From contig NC_045696.1 in the NCBI RefSeq assembly GCF_009834535.1, positions 372,001 through 436,000 on the forward strand: a DNA stretch of 64,000 bases. The letters run 5' to 3'. Within the stretch, counting starts at the first letter, position 1. Each line of letters opens with the position of its first letter. A program made the translations under genes and the position numbers. The notes under the pieces are model-generated. The model made no database searches, was not told the DNA's origin, and saw only the letters and a program-made list of their open reading frames with translations. Below are positions 12,450 through 23,072 of the stretch, one piece after another. The DNA is from Camelus ferus. Its lineage: Eukaryota.

Positions 12450-13800
12450 CCAATTTTACCCTGATACCAAAACCAGACAGACATCACAAGAAAAGTACAG
12501 ACCAATATCCATGATGAATACAGATGCATAAATTCTTAAAATACTAGTAAATAGAATTCAGCAAATATAAAAAGCACTATACACCATGACCAAGGGGAGC
12601 TTACTCCAGGGATTCAGGACTGGTTCAGTATTTGACAATCCATCAATGTAATCAACCATATTAGAATTTAAAATTAAACAAAATGTAGCATTTTTTAAAA
12701 TTAAATGAACATATCATTTAAGATAGCACCACAAAAAAAATTAAGTACCTAGACATAAATCTAACAAAATATATGCAGGACATGTAAATTGAAAATTATA
12801 CAACATCAATGAAAGAACTGCAAGAAGACAAACAGTCATACCATGTTCATGGATTAGAAGACTCAACATTGTTAAAACGTCAGTTCTCTCCAGATCAATC
12901 TACAGATTCAAAGGGGCCACACAGACGACCAACAGGCACATGAAAAGATGCTCAACATCACTGATCATCAGGGAAACATAGATCAAAACCACAATAAGAT
13001 ACCACCTCACATCTGTCATAATGAACATCATCAAAAAGAACACAAAATAGAAATGTTGGCGAGGATGCGGAGAAAAGGGAACCCTCCTACACTGTTGGTG
13101 GGAATGGAAGTTGGTGCTGTCACTGCAGAAAACAGTAAGGAGGTTCCTCAAAAAACTAAAAATAGAACTACCATATGATTGAGTAATTCTATTTCTGGGT
13201 ATATGTCTGAAGAAAATAAAAACACTAATACGAAAAGATACATGTACCCCAATGTTCATAGCAGTATTATCTATAATTGCCAAGATACAGAAGCAAACTA
13301 AGTGCCCACCAGCAGATGAATGGATAAAAATGTGGTGTATACACACACACACCACACACACACACACACACAGGAATATTATTCAGCCATTAAAAAGAAT
13401 GAAACTCTGCCATTTGCAACAACATTGATGGATCCAGAGAGTATCACACTTAGAAAAGTAAGTCAAATAAAGACAATACTGTTATCACTTATATGTTGAA
13501 TCTAAAAACAAAACAAATGAATAAATAAAACAAAAACAGACTCACAGATGTAGAGAACAAACTAGTGATTATCAGTGGGGAGAGGGAAGGGGGAGGGGCA
13601 CGACGAGGTGGAGGATTAAGAGGCACGAACTACTACGTATAAAATAACTAAGCAAAAAAGATAACGTACAACCCAGGGAGATGTAACCATTATTTTGTAA
13701 TAACTTTGAATGGAGTAGAATCTATAAAAATACTGAATCACTATGTTGTATACCTGAAATTAACACAGTATAATAAATTGATTAGACTTCAATAAAAATT
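12450..13800 (+). mobile_element. L1 fragments: ORF2 piece plus better-preserved 3' end and UTR, with (CA)n at ~13341-13372
   Basis: Typical L1 3' sequence ending AATAAAAA at ~13791. Confidence 0.85.
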
Positions 13801-13809
13801 TTTTTTAAA

Positions 13810-15960
13810 TTGCAAACATTTCACCACCATATGGATGGCAAACAAGCATGTAGTAAGGTGTCATTAAGGAACTGCAAAGAAAAACTCCAAGGACACCCAC
13901 CACACACCCATGGGAACGGCCACAGTGAAGAAGACGGGCCACACCAAGTGCTGGCGAGGACGGGCGCAGTCCTCGCACACTGCTCCTGGGGGCGTAAGAT
14001 GGCAGAGCAATGGGCCAGAGTCAGGCAGTTTCTCTTGAGGTTAAACACACACTTACACGTGAATCAGCTGTTCTATTCGTAAGTATTTATCCTAAAGAAC
14101 TGAAAACTTTTTTTCACACAAAAACCTACACATGAATGTTTACAGCAGCTCAACTCATAACTTTCAGTCAGAACCTAGAAACAACCCAAACACACCTCAG
14201 TGAGTGAATGGATACACAAACCACGGATTAAAGTATTAAAAGAATTAGTGGATGAACTGCAAACACATTGTGCTAAGTGACTGACAGCATTCTGCAAAGG
14301 CAAAAGCCGCAGGGCTGGGGGACAGATCGGTGGCTGCAGGAGTGGGGTGGGGGAACGGTGGCCACAAGGGGCAGCACAGGGCTCAGGCCTCCTGGGTGAG
14401 GGACTCAGTGAGGCGCCGTCTTGGTTGCAGTGGTGCTTACAGAACGAAACGCAGTTTTCAAAACGCATGGAACTGTACCCTGAAAAGGGAATTTTACTGT
14501 GTTGTGGATTTTTTAAATACTTTGAAATATTTATCAATAAGAAATGGTTATATTAAAAATAAGATCTGTCTAAAATTAACAACTGAAGGTTTCACCTAAA
14601 GAAGCTAGAAAAAGAATAGCAAAATAAATCCAAGGTACATAGAAGGAATCCAATAACAGAAATGAGAGAAATCAAAGAAATAGGAAAAAAATTGACAAAA
14701 CTAGTAAAGCCAAAATTTGGTTTTTTAAAACATCAATAAAATTAATAAACCCCGAGAACAGAAAGATGTCAGAAAAAGAGAAAACACAGATTCACCAGTA
14801 AGAATGCAAAAAGGGTCATAGATGCCAAACTTACAGGTATTCAGTGACTTAACAGGAAATGGTTAATACGACTAATAGTTAACAAGGAAAGATTACAGAT
14901 TCCTTCATGCCAAGAAATTTGACAATCTGGATGAAATCGACAAACTCCTTGAAAAACGCAACTTATCAAAACCAGCACAAGCTGAAACAGAAAGTCTCAA
15001 CACCCACATACCTAATAAAGAAACTGAGTTCATCACCAAAATGTCCCCACTAAGTAGCCTCCAGGGCCAGATGGTTTCGTGTGCATTCTATCAAAACATT
15101 TAAGGGAAAAAAATCACATCCATTTAAATAACCTCTGTCAGAAAATGGAGAAAGTAGGAGAATTTCAGTTTACAAGCCCAGCAAAGTCTTCATACCAAAA
15201 TCTGATAAAATATCACCAAAAACAAATACAGACTGGAATCCCTCATGAACACAGACGTGAAATCCACTAAAAACATCAGCAGCTCAGCCCCGGCGACGGC
15301 GACGCACTGAGAGCCGCCCGTCGGCACCCAGCAGGGCTCGCCCCAGGCGAGGCTGGCTGAACCTCCCCAACCACCCAGTGTAACGCACCCTGTTAGACAA
15401 CGAGAACAAGAACACAACCACTTCTGAAGAGTCGGAGGACGGAAGCAGAAACAAAAGGGAACCGCCTCAACCTGAGGAAGGACCGCTAGGAGACCTGCAG
15501 CTGACACCCACCCCACGTGGGACAGCGAGGGGGCGGGGCCAGGACGGCCGCCTTCAGCGGTTGTGCTTAACCCAGCACTGCAAGTGCCCGCCCTGCAATA
15601 AGCACCAAAACGAAGAGAATACAAAGACTGGAAAGAGACAAGGCGGGCTTTACTTGCAGGCAGTGTGCTCTTCTGCAGAGAAAGCCCCAGAAGTCTGTCC
15701 CAACACTACCAGTATGCGTGAGTTCAGCAAGGTAACAGGGTACAAGGTTAACACGCAAAAATTACACACATGCATGTGTGTAAGTGTGCTCACGGCAAAC
15801 AGCTAGATAATGAAAGAAGTTTAAGTCTGTTTACAATAGTGCAACAAGCCAAAAATACTCAGGAGTGCATCTAATAAACGACGTTCAAGACCTCGTCCTT
15901 GAAAACTACAGAGTAAGAGGGAAGGTCAACGAAAAATGAAAGAAACACCACTAACCAGGT
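13810..15960 (+). mobile_element. Highly degraded old L1 3' and ORF2 remnants
   Basis: Recognisable L1 phrases (tttgacaatctggatgaaat.gacaaa, ttcagcaaggtaacagggtacaagg); boundaries approximate. Confidence 0.7.
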
Positions 15961-16417
15961 ACTAGAATAAACAATGAAGGAAGGGACACTGTGTGTTGAG
16001 AGTAAGGGGCCAGCTCGTCCAGCAGCTGCTGGAGAAGCAACCACAGAAAAGAAAGAACAAACACGTCAGAAGAGGTCTGAGCAGCGGGGGGTGGGGGGGG
16101 CAGGAGTGTTCAGTTTCCCACAAACCTGCAGACACCACGAGTCTACAAGATGAGAGTCTTCACTGACAGAAAATAAGGGCAGAAAATGCAACAAAACGTG
16201 GTATCCTTCGAAGAGTTAGAAGCCTACCAGGAGTTAGTCCTACAAACGGGATTTTGGTTTATTTATTGTATCAAAGCAAAGATATCATCAATATTTTCAC
16301 AAAAAATTACAAATAGAATTACAGAAAACAAAGCATGTACAGACTGACATTTTTAGAAATAAACAAAAACCTCAAAGAAAGTATTTGAGATTATCTTTAT
16401 AAAGCTTTCTACTATTC

Positions 16418-16553
16418 TTTAATTTTTTTGGGGGGGGGTAGTTAGGTTTATTTATTTAGTATCATTTATTTTAATGGAGGCACTGGGGATTGAACCCAGG
16501 ACCTCGCGCATGCTAAGCACGCACTCTACCACATGAGCTATATACCCACCCCC
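16418..16553 (-). mobile_element. tRNA-derived SINE (camelid Vic-1-like)
   Basis: Minus strand reads GGGG..TATAGCTCA.GTGGTAGAG..GGTCCTGGGTTCAATCCCCAG..CTCC (A/B boxes) plus AT-rich tail. Confidence 0.85.
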
Positions 16554-16999
16554 TAACGCTTTATATTCCTAATAGAACTAAAATATTTTCCTCATAAACT
16601 ATTTTCAATATTTACAATACTTGAGCATTCGCATGGCCAGTTCTAGAGCACTGTGGACAAGAAGCAGATATAACCTCCTGTTTTAAAGGCATTCCTCTAA
16701 GTAACACAAAAGTATATTTTAAAATTTTGCCAAATAGATAAGGTACCAACACAGACCCTAACTTCCCCACAGCCTGTCACGGCGACACTTGGGGTCATGA
16801 GGAACTGCAGACAGACTCCTTGTCCCCGACGGCCCCACCATCCTCACACCTCCTCCAGCATTAATGACAAACCACTGTGACCTCGTGTAAGGACACAGGC
16901 GCCCCCGCTGACCCCCAAACACCTTACAAACTACTGAGAACGTCATGCCTAAAACATCAGATCAGACTGCGGTCCCGCGCAGCGCCAGGCAAGGCCCAC

Positions 17000-17092
17000 C
17001 TCGCTGAGGGCGCCATAGCCCGTCCCTGCCAGCTGCTGCTCGTTCTGCTCGCTCACACACGTCATCTCCCTCTCCTTGTTTTGCAGAAATGC
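17000..17092 (-). CDS. PCNT: PCNT additional symmetric exon, AFLQNKEREMTCVSEQNEQQLAGTGYGALSE; 93 nt, phase 0>0
   Basis: T-rich tract plus CCACAG| acceptor, GAG|GTGGGC donor, open frame, coiled-coil-like composition. Confidence 0.75.
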
Positions 17093-18174
17093 CTGTGGAA
17101 ATAATAACAATAAGACATAACAATAATGCCAACAAAGCATTACTATGGGAAATAGTCCTGACCCTGCAGATGCCAAATATCCTAATCAAACAAGCCTGCA
17201 GTTCTAAATACAAACGTTCAGTTTGAAAATGTTTTTCTATTAAAGTACTTCCTGCCTAAAATGACATATTAGTTCAGCTTTTAAATTCAATTACTGCATT
17301 TTTCCAGGCAATCTTGTTTCAAAGCAAGCACCAAAGAGCACGCAAAGTGTGCCTGACCCACCACTCACCTATTAACTATGGACGAACTCCCACCAGAAGG
17401 ACATCCAGGGACTAGGGATGGCCTAAAACCCTGTTTTCACTGAAGATATTTTAAAACCATGCAGATGCAACCTTGTGAGGAATGGGCACAGGTGGCGTGA
17501 CCTCCAGCTTCCCTGGAAGCGGTCAGTTCCTGCTCACCAAACCACCGCCAGGCTGCACCCACCGGCAACTCATCCAGGTCTGATTACCATCCGCACTATA
17601 CAGAGCCTGTTTTTCATTTCTGCCTCAAAAGCACAATTGCATTAAGGCAACAGAGAAGACTTTAAAACCGATTTTTCTCCCGCTGCTGACAGGGAGTGAC
17701 CAGGAACCCAGAGTCCGCCTCTTCTAGAATGTGGCGCCCCCGTAGCGGCCCAGAGCAACACCATGGTTTCAGAGTGACGATTCATTCCCTCCTTACAGTG
17801 TCCGTCATTAGGGAAGCGCCTCCCTCTCCTGCAGCTCTGCTCCAACAAGAATCCCCCAAAGGCCCGATCAACGGTGCTGCAGGTGGGGGCGAGGCCTGGC
17901 GCAGGGGGCAGCAGGGCTCTGCCAGGCCCAGTGATACTGCTTTTCCACTAACAGTGCTAGGAAGCTGCTTCCACCGCACACATTCCAGAGCTGCCCCGAG
18001 CACCAGCCTGGCGCAGAAGTCACACATCTGCTGAGTCACCTGCCAGCACCACGTCCCTCTGACTTCAGAAAGAAGGTCCCGTGTGTCCGGGGAGGCCCGA
18101 GGTCTGACCCTGTGACTGACGCCTGGCACTCACAAAACCGACTGAACGTAGGTGTCTGCGGTCTCCCAGCTCAC

Positions 18175-18327
18175 CTTCAGACCGGCACTCTCTTCCTGAA
18201 GTTCTCGGACGCGCGTGGCGGCACTGCTGTCCTGCACGCCCAGCGTCCAGTCCAGATGGAGCACTTCTTCGTTTCTGCTCACTAAGTCATGTTTAGTTTT
18301 TTCTAATTGTTCTTTTAAGTCCAGAAC
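18175..18327 (-). CDS. PCNT: PCNT exon (~ex27), VLDLKEQLEK...ESAGLK; 153 nt, phase 0>0
   Basis: TGCAAG| acceptor, |GTGAGC donor; translated by hand. Confidence 0.92.
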
Positions 18328-18553
18328 CTTGCATTAGAGAAGGTAAGCATGAAAAGTCACCTAATATTCTGACTTAATAATCATTGAATTCACTTTGAAA
18401 GATTTAAAAGTACACGCCAGAGAAAGCCATCAACCCCCCACAGTCCACACAGAAACGTGCTTATTGCAGAGACAAACAGTCATCACAAAGCACAAACTGT
18501 TCTCACGGACACAGACGTGCAGACGCTGAGCAGAGGAGGCTGCCCACACGGAC

Positions 18554-18724
18554 CTCGTCCTCACGCTCCAGCAGCGCCCTCTGCAGCGCCTCCAGCCGGA
18601 CCTCTGGGCCCTCAAGACTGCTGCCCGCAGGAGGTACCGGGCACTTGCCCTCGTCCAGCCTGGACTGCAGCGTGGACACCAGAAGCAAGTTGCTCATCTG
18701 CTGCTCCTGCAACGCCGCCTTATC
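18554..18724 (-). CDS. PCNT: PCNT exon (~ex26), DKAALQEQQMSNLLL...EREDE; 171 nt, phase 0>0
   Basis: AAATAG| acceptor, |GTCCGT donor. Confidence 0.92.
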
Positions 18725-19899
18725 CTATTTAAGAGAACAAAGACTGATTTTTAGGCAAGCATTTCAGGAAATCAGAGCCTCAAACCACTGTTTGTTATTA
18801 AAGCACAGACTGTCCTCCGCCCGCCTGGAGACACCTGTGTGTACCAGTCCCACAACCCACAGGCCCAGCCACACTCCAGAGCAGACGTCTGCCTGGTGGA
18901 AGGCGCACCCCAGGCAGACCACAGTGCAAACCCGGGCCTCCGCCACGAGAAGCTGTCCTCAGTAATTACTCAAAAAGTACAAAATGGTCTCAGGACTGTT
19001 AGTGGTTTAAAAAGATTGGACAGAACTTGCCAAGGAACAAGGCAGTGGCTGACAAGACAGCCATACAGTGAATATTAACAGCCCTTTAAAAAGGTTTCAA
19101 GGAGCTTTCAACAGGAATAAAAGGGTCACAACATATTAAGCGGGGAAGAAACAGGAGTCCAAACTCGTACATGCGGTCCAGCTTTGAAGAGGAAACGAAG
19201 GCGTTTTCCACACCCGCACTGCTGCCTGCTGGGGGAAGAAGCCGCCAGAACGCCCCCCGCAGGCAGAGCGGCCGATGTGCTGGGCGCCCTTCCCAGACAG
19301 CAAGTCCTCAAGGAGGGCCTTGGCTTCATCAATGGTTCTCAGCAGTATTTTCGAGAACCAAACACCCCGATAAAAATTCCCCTCCTTGAAGCAGGATTTT
19401 CTTAAGGCCAAACCAGTGGCTCCAAAATAAGGTTTCTCCCTGAGCCTCAGACTTCCAAGTAATCTTTAAACCTCCAGTGACACGAAATACAAGAAACTTC
19501 AACTCCCTCAGACTACATGCGTGAAGGAGGGGGCGGCGCTGACTGGAAAGGCCGTCCCACCCCCGCCCCCCTCGCTGAGACTTCCCGCCTCCCCTCCAAT
19601 GTTCGGACGCCAAGGTCTGAACATCGCAGAGGTGCGTTCCAAGCTCCGATGTGAAGAACGAGCACTGTTGGTGTTATCACTGAGGAACTGACGTAAACTC
19701 CTAGCTCAAACAGTGAACTAATCACAACTGGGCTCCACGTAAAATATTTGACGAAATAGGCTTTTCAGCGTAAAATCTTGATCATTCATTTTATTACTAA
19801 GGACAAGCTCGTCAGGTAGAGGAGCACTACAAAACTGGCGCAAAGTGGTACACGCTGCTGTCACACGAAGCGTGACGCTGGGATGTGACAGGAAACGCA

Positions 19900-20590
19900 C
19901 AATTGGTTTTCATCCACCTCCTGGCACGGAATCCTGACACCCTTGGGGTCTCCGGCGCAGTGGCGGTGATGAAGGTGCCTCGGTACTCGTGACAAGCCCC
20001 TCCCGCCACATCTGAGTCTGTGGTACTGAGCGGACATTCAGGGAGACCCCAGGTCACCTAAGGATGGGGGCTGCTGGGCAAGTGAGCCAACCATGTGATT
20101 AAAGGGTCAGAGCTTTCCATCTCGCCCCTGACCTCCGGCGGGGAGGGGGCTGAAGGGTGAATCAATCATGGCTGCATGAGGAAGTCTCCACAAAAACCCA
20201 AAAGGACAGGCTCCCGGGCTTCTGGGTTGGTGCACCCCTCCCCACACCCTGCCTTCCACACCTCTTCCATCTGGCTGTTCCTCAGTTGTATCTTTTTTCT
20301 GATAAAAACCGCTCATCTAGTAAGTAAAATGTCTTGAGTTCTGTGAGCCACTCTACTGTATTCGTTGGACCCGAGGAGGTTGTGGGACCCTTTGATCTAC
20401 GCCATCTGGACTTGAGATGGACGTCTGGGGGCAGGGGCAGTCCTGTGGGTCTGAGTCCTTAAGTTGTGGGGTCTGACGCCACCTCCTGGAAGACGGTGTC
20501 AGAGCGGAGCTAAGCTGTAGAACACCCAGGGGGGTCGCTGAGGATGGGGGACCTCACCTCTGGTGCCCCGAGTGTCATAAGTGTGGCGAG
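19900..20590 (+). mobile_element. ERVL-type LTR (MER21-like)
   Basis: Motifs accatgtgatt.aaggg, ctcttccatctggctgttc, gagttctgtgagccactc, gacggtgtcaga; family from memory, boundaries approximate. Confidence 0.65.
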
Positions 20591-20712
20591 GAGTGCCCAC
20601 AGGGGTCAGAGCCAGGGCTCTGCAGCTCAGCCCCACAGAGCAACGGGCCAGGAGCGCCCCAGAGCCGCACACCCTGCTGGGACCCCCACCCCGAGCACGA
20701 CGCGGTGCTCAC

Positions 20713-20919
20713 CTGCTCCAGGTCCTGCACAGTTCTCCTCTGTCTCTCCAGGTCTTCCTGGAGCTGCACGAGTCTCCTCGCGGTGCTGGCATTTGTCTCC
20801 TTGAGACGTCTAATCTCCTCTTCCTGGATTAGCACTTGTCTATCCGCCAATTCTTTCTTTAATATCAACTCATTAAGTCCATCTGATTTTTCTCGCAATT
20901 TTTCTTCTAACAATTCAAC
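20713..20919 (-). CDS. PCNT: PCNT exon (~ex25), VELLEEKLREK...VQDLEQ; 207 nt, phase 0>0
   Basis: TTTTAG| acceptor, |GTGAGC donor. Confidence 0.94.
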
Positions 20920-21602
20920 CTAAAACAACCAAAAAATGCTTCATAAATATTGGAAAAAAATCTTCTAAGTTAAAAAGTGCACAACGAAACTGCAAGGAAA
21001 TCGACCTCTACGCGGTTTTCCAGACCTGAGCTGCATAGCAAGGCCTGGCGAGAGCGCGCGATGGAGTTCTCCCAGTAAAAAGACAGACTTTGTTAGTAAA
21101 AGAACTTAATTTGGCAGTATGGAGCAGACGCCCCTCAGCAATCACAAGGGCCAGGTGCGGTGCAGCTCAGCCCATCTCAGTCTCCAGAATCAGGCTGTGT
21201 GAAAACAGCCACCCTCCAAAGGCCACACACCTGCGATGTGTTTGCACAACAGCACAGAAACTGCAAAGCTACGGGGAGCGGCCAGGTTAGCAAGGGCCTG
21301 CGGTCTCCTGTCTGCATGCCCACCCTGGCCCTGACCTTCTGCAGGATGGCACCACGGGGTGGGGGGACTGGGTCTCACTTCTTAACAGCTGCGGGTGAAT
21401 CCACAATTGTCTCAAAGTAAGTTTGCGTCTTAAGAAGAAAAAGCACATCGACCACAGCTAAACAGACAGGAGTGGCAGGCAGATCCCGCCCCAGGCAGAG
21501 GAAGCAGGACAGACAAGCCGAGAGAAGGGTCCTGTGCACCCCTCCCCGCGTGGCCGTGCAGTGGGCGGGCGGGCGGGCGGACACCAGCACGGAGCTCCCT
21601 AC

Positions 21603-21623
21603 CTCCTCATCCAGCTGCGTCCA
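21603..21623 (-). CDS. PCNT: PCNT 21-nt microexon (~ex24), WTQLDEE; phase 0>0
   Basis: CGACAG| acceptor, |GTAGG donor; corresponds to recalled human QAPLDGE. Confidence 0.8.
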
Positions 21624-21727
21624 CTGTCGCTGCTCACAGAAGGAAAAGCATTTGCAAAGATAAAGCTTAATACCGTCGCAGAGAACAGCCCCCCACAGGC
21701 ACAAACCCGCGCGCCGGGCTGACTCAC

Positions 21728-21844
21728 GTCGCTGTCGCAGGGGCCCCGGGGCTGCAGCCTGGCTGCCTGCCGAAGCTGCTCCTCCAGCCTCTGAATCTCC
21801 TGCTGAAACTCCTCGCGTTCCTGCTCCCTCTCCGCAGCCTGCTC
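21728..21844 (-). CDS. PCNT: PCNT exon (~ex23), EQAAEREQEREEFQQEIQRLE...CDSD; 117 nt, phase 0>0
   Basis: TGACAG| acceptor, |GTGAGT donor. Confidence 0.93.
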
Positions 21845-22211
21845 CTGTCAGAGAGGCGGCCTGTTGGGACCCTTTCCTCTGAGCACCGTGGCGCCCACTA
21901 CACAACCCCGCCCCGAGAAGACCAGTGCGGGTCTCAAGCGAGAGGGCAGAAGGGTCCCTCGCTGTGGGCACCATCAAAGGGTGGCCCTCGGGGGACCCAG
22001 GGGGCTTCTGAAACGTGGGCAGGATGGAAAGACAGAGCCACGGGGCTGCAGGTGCCTCCTGGACAGCGGTGGGCTGGGCGCGCAGTCCTACACCGGGGCT
22101 GTGGAGTGGAGCGTGGGCACCTTAACCCTAACGTCACAGCGAAGAAGTTACTTAAGGACCTGGGGAGAAGTTCCGACTACAATTCGACCCCAAAGAGATC
22201 AAAACTCTTAC

Positions 22212-22441
22212 GTCCATGAACTGGCGCTGGCGACGCAGCTGCTTGTCCAGAGAGCCCATCTGCTGGCTCAGGGCAGAGAGCTCCTCAGCCTGCCGGGCAC
22301 ACGCCTGGTGCCGGGAGAGCTGCTCCTCCAGCTCGGCCTCCAGAACCCGCATCTGCGCCAGCAGAGCCGAGCGGTCCTTCTCACACTGCTTCCTGGCCTC
22401 TGACTGCTCCTCTGTGAGAGAATCCACCTCCCTGCGAAGAG
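22212..22441 (-). CDS. PCNT: PCNT exon (~ex22), LRREVDSL...RQRQFMD; 230 nt, phase 1>0
   Basis: CTGCAG| acceptor, |GTAAG donor. Confidence 0.94.
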
Positions 22442-22639
22442 CTGCAGGTGCAGAGAGAGCAGGCGGGCGCAAGCTGAGCTCAGGGTGCCTGTTCCCACAG
22501 AAACACAGAGCATCCAGCCGCCAGGGCAGCCCGAGGCCTCCCGTCCCCCACTCCCGCAGGCGTGTGACCTGACTGAGGATGCACGGCCGCCTGGAGAGGC
22601 CGAGCCCACAGCCTAGGAACAGCCACGACTCAGCCAAAC

Positions 22640-22870
22640 ACCCACTGAAACGAAGTCTAGAGTTCCTACAGATACTAACTAGCCTGTAAAGAACAGACAA
22701 GCAGCCAGTCCACGCTGTGCAGCACGGGGAATGACATTCAATGTCTGGTAGTGGCCTACGGTGGAAAAGAATCTGAAAACGAGTACACGGTGTCCGTGCA
22801 CGACTGAAGCTTGTGCTGCCCCCGACAGGACACAGCGCTGTGAGCTGACCATGCTTCAACACAATACATA
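22640..22870 (+). mobile_element. Short L1 3'-UTR fragment
   Basis: Resembles the L1 3' tails elsewhere in the window. Confidence 0.5.
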
Positions 22871-22929
22871 CATACCGAAACAACGCTGAGCGCGTTCACA
22901 AAAGGGAAGGGAGGGGGAAGAACCACACC

Positions 22930-23072
22930 TTTTATTTATTTACTTATTTGTGTTGGGGGGGAGGTAATCAGGTTTACTTATGCATTTATTTTTAATGGAG
23001 GTACTGGGGGACTGAACCCAGGGCCTCCTGCATGCTGAGCACACACTCTGCCACTGAGCTCCACCCTCCCCC
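22930..23072 (-). mobile_element. tRNA-derived SINE (camelid Vic-1-like)
   Basis: GGGGAGGGTGGAGCTCAGTGGCAGAG..CCTGGGTTCAGTCCCCCAGTACCTCC plus tail. Confidence 0.85.

Noticed and set aside
16470..16553. tRNA gene
   Set aside because: A/B boxes belong to a tailed, multi-copy SINE with no intact cloverleaf; same for 22930-23072 and 44588-44710
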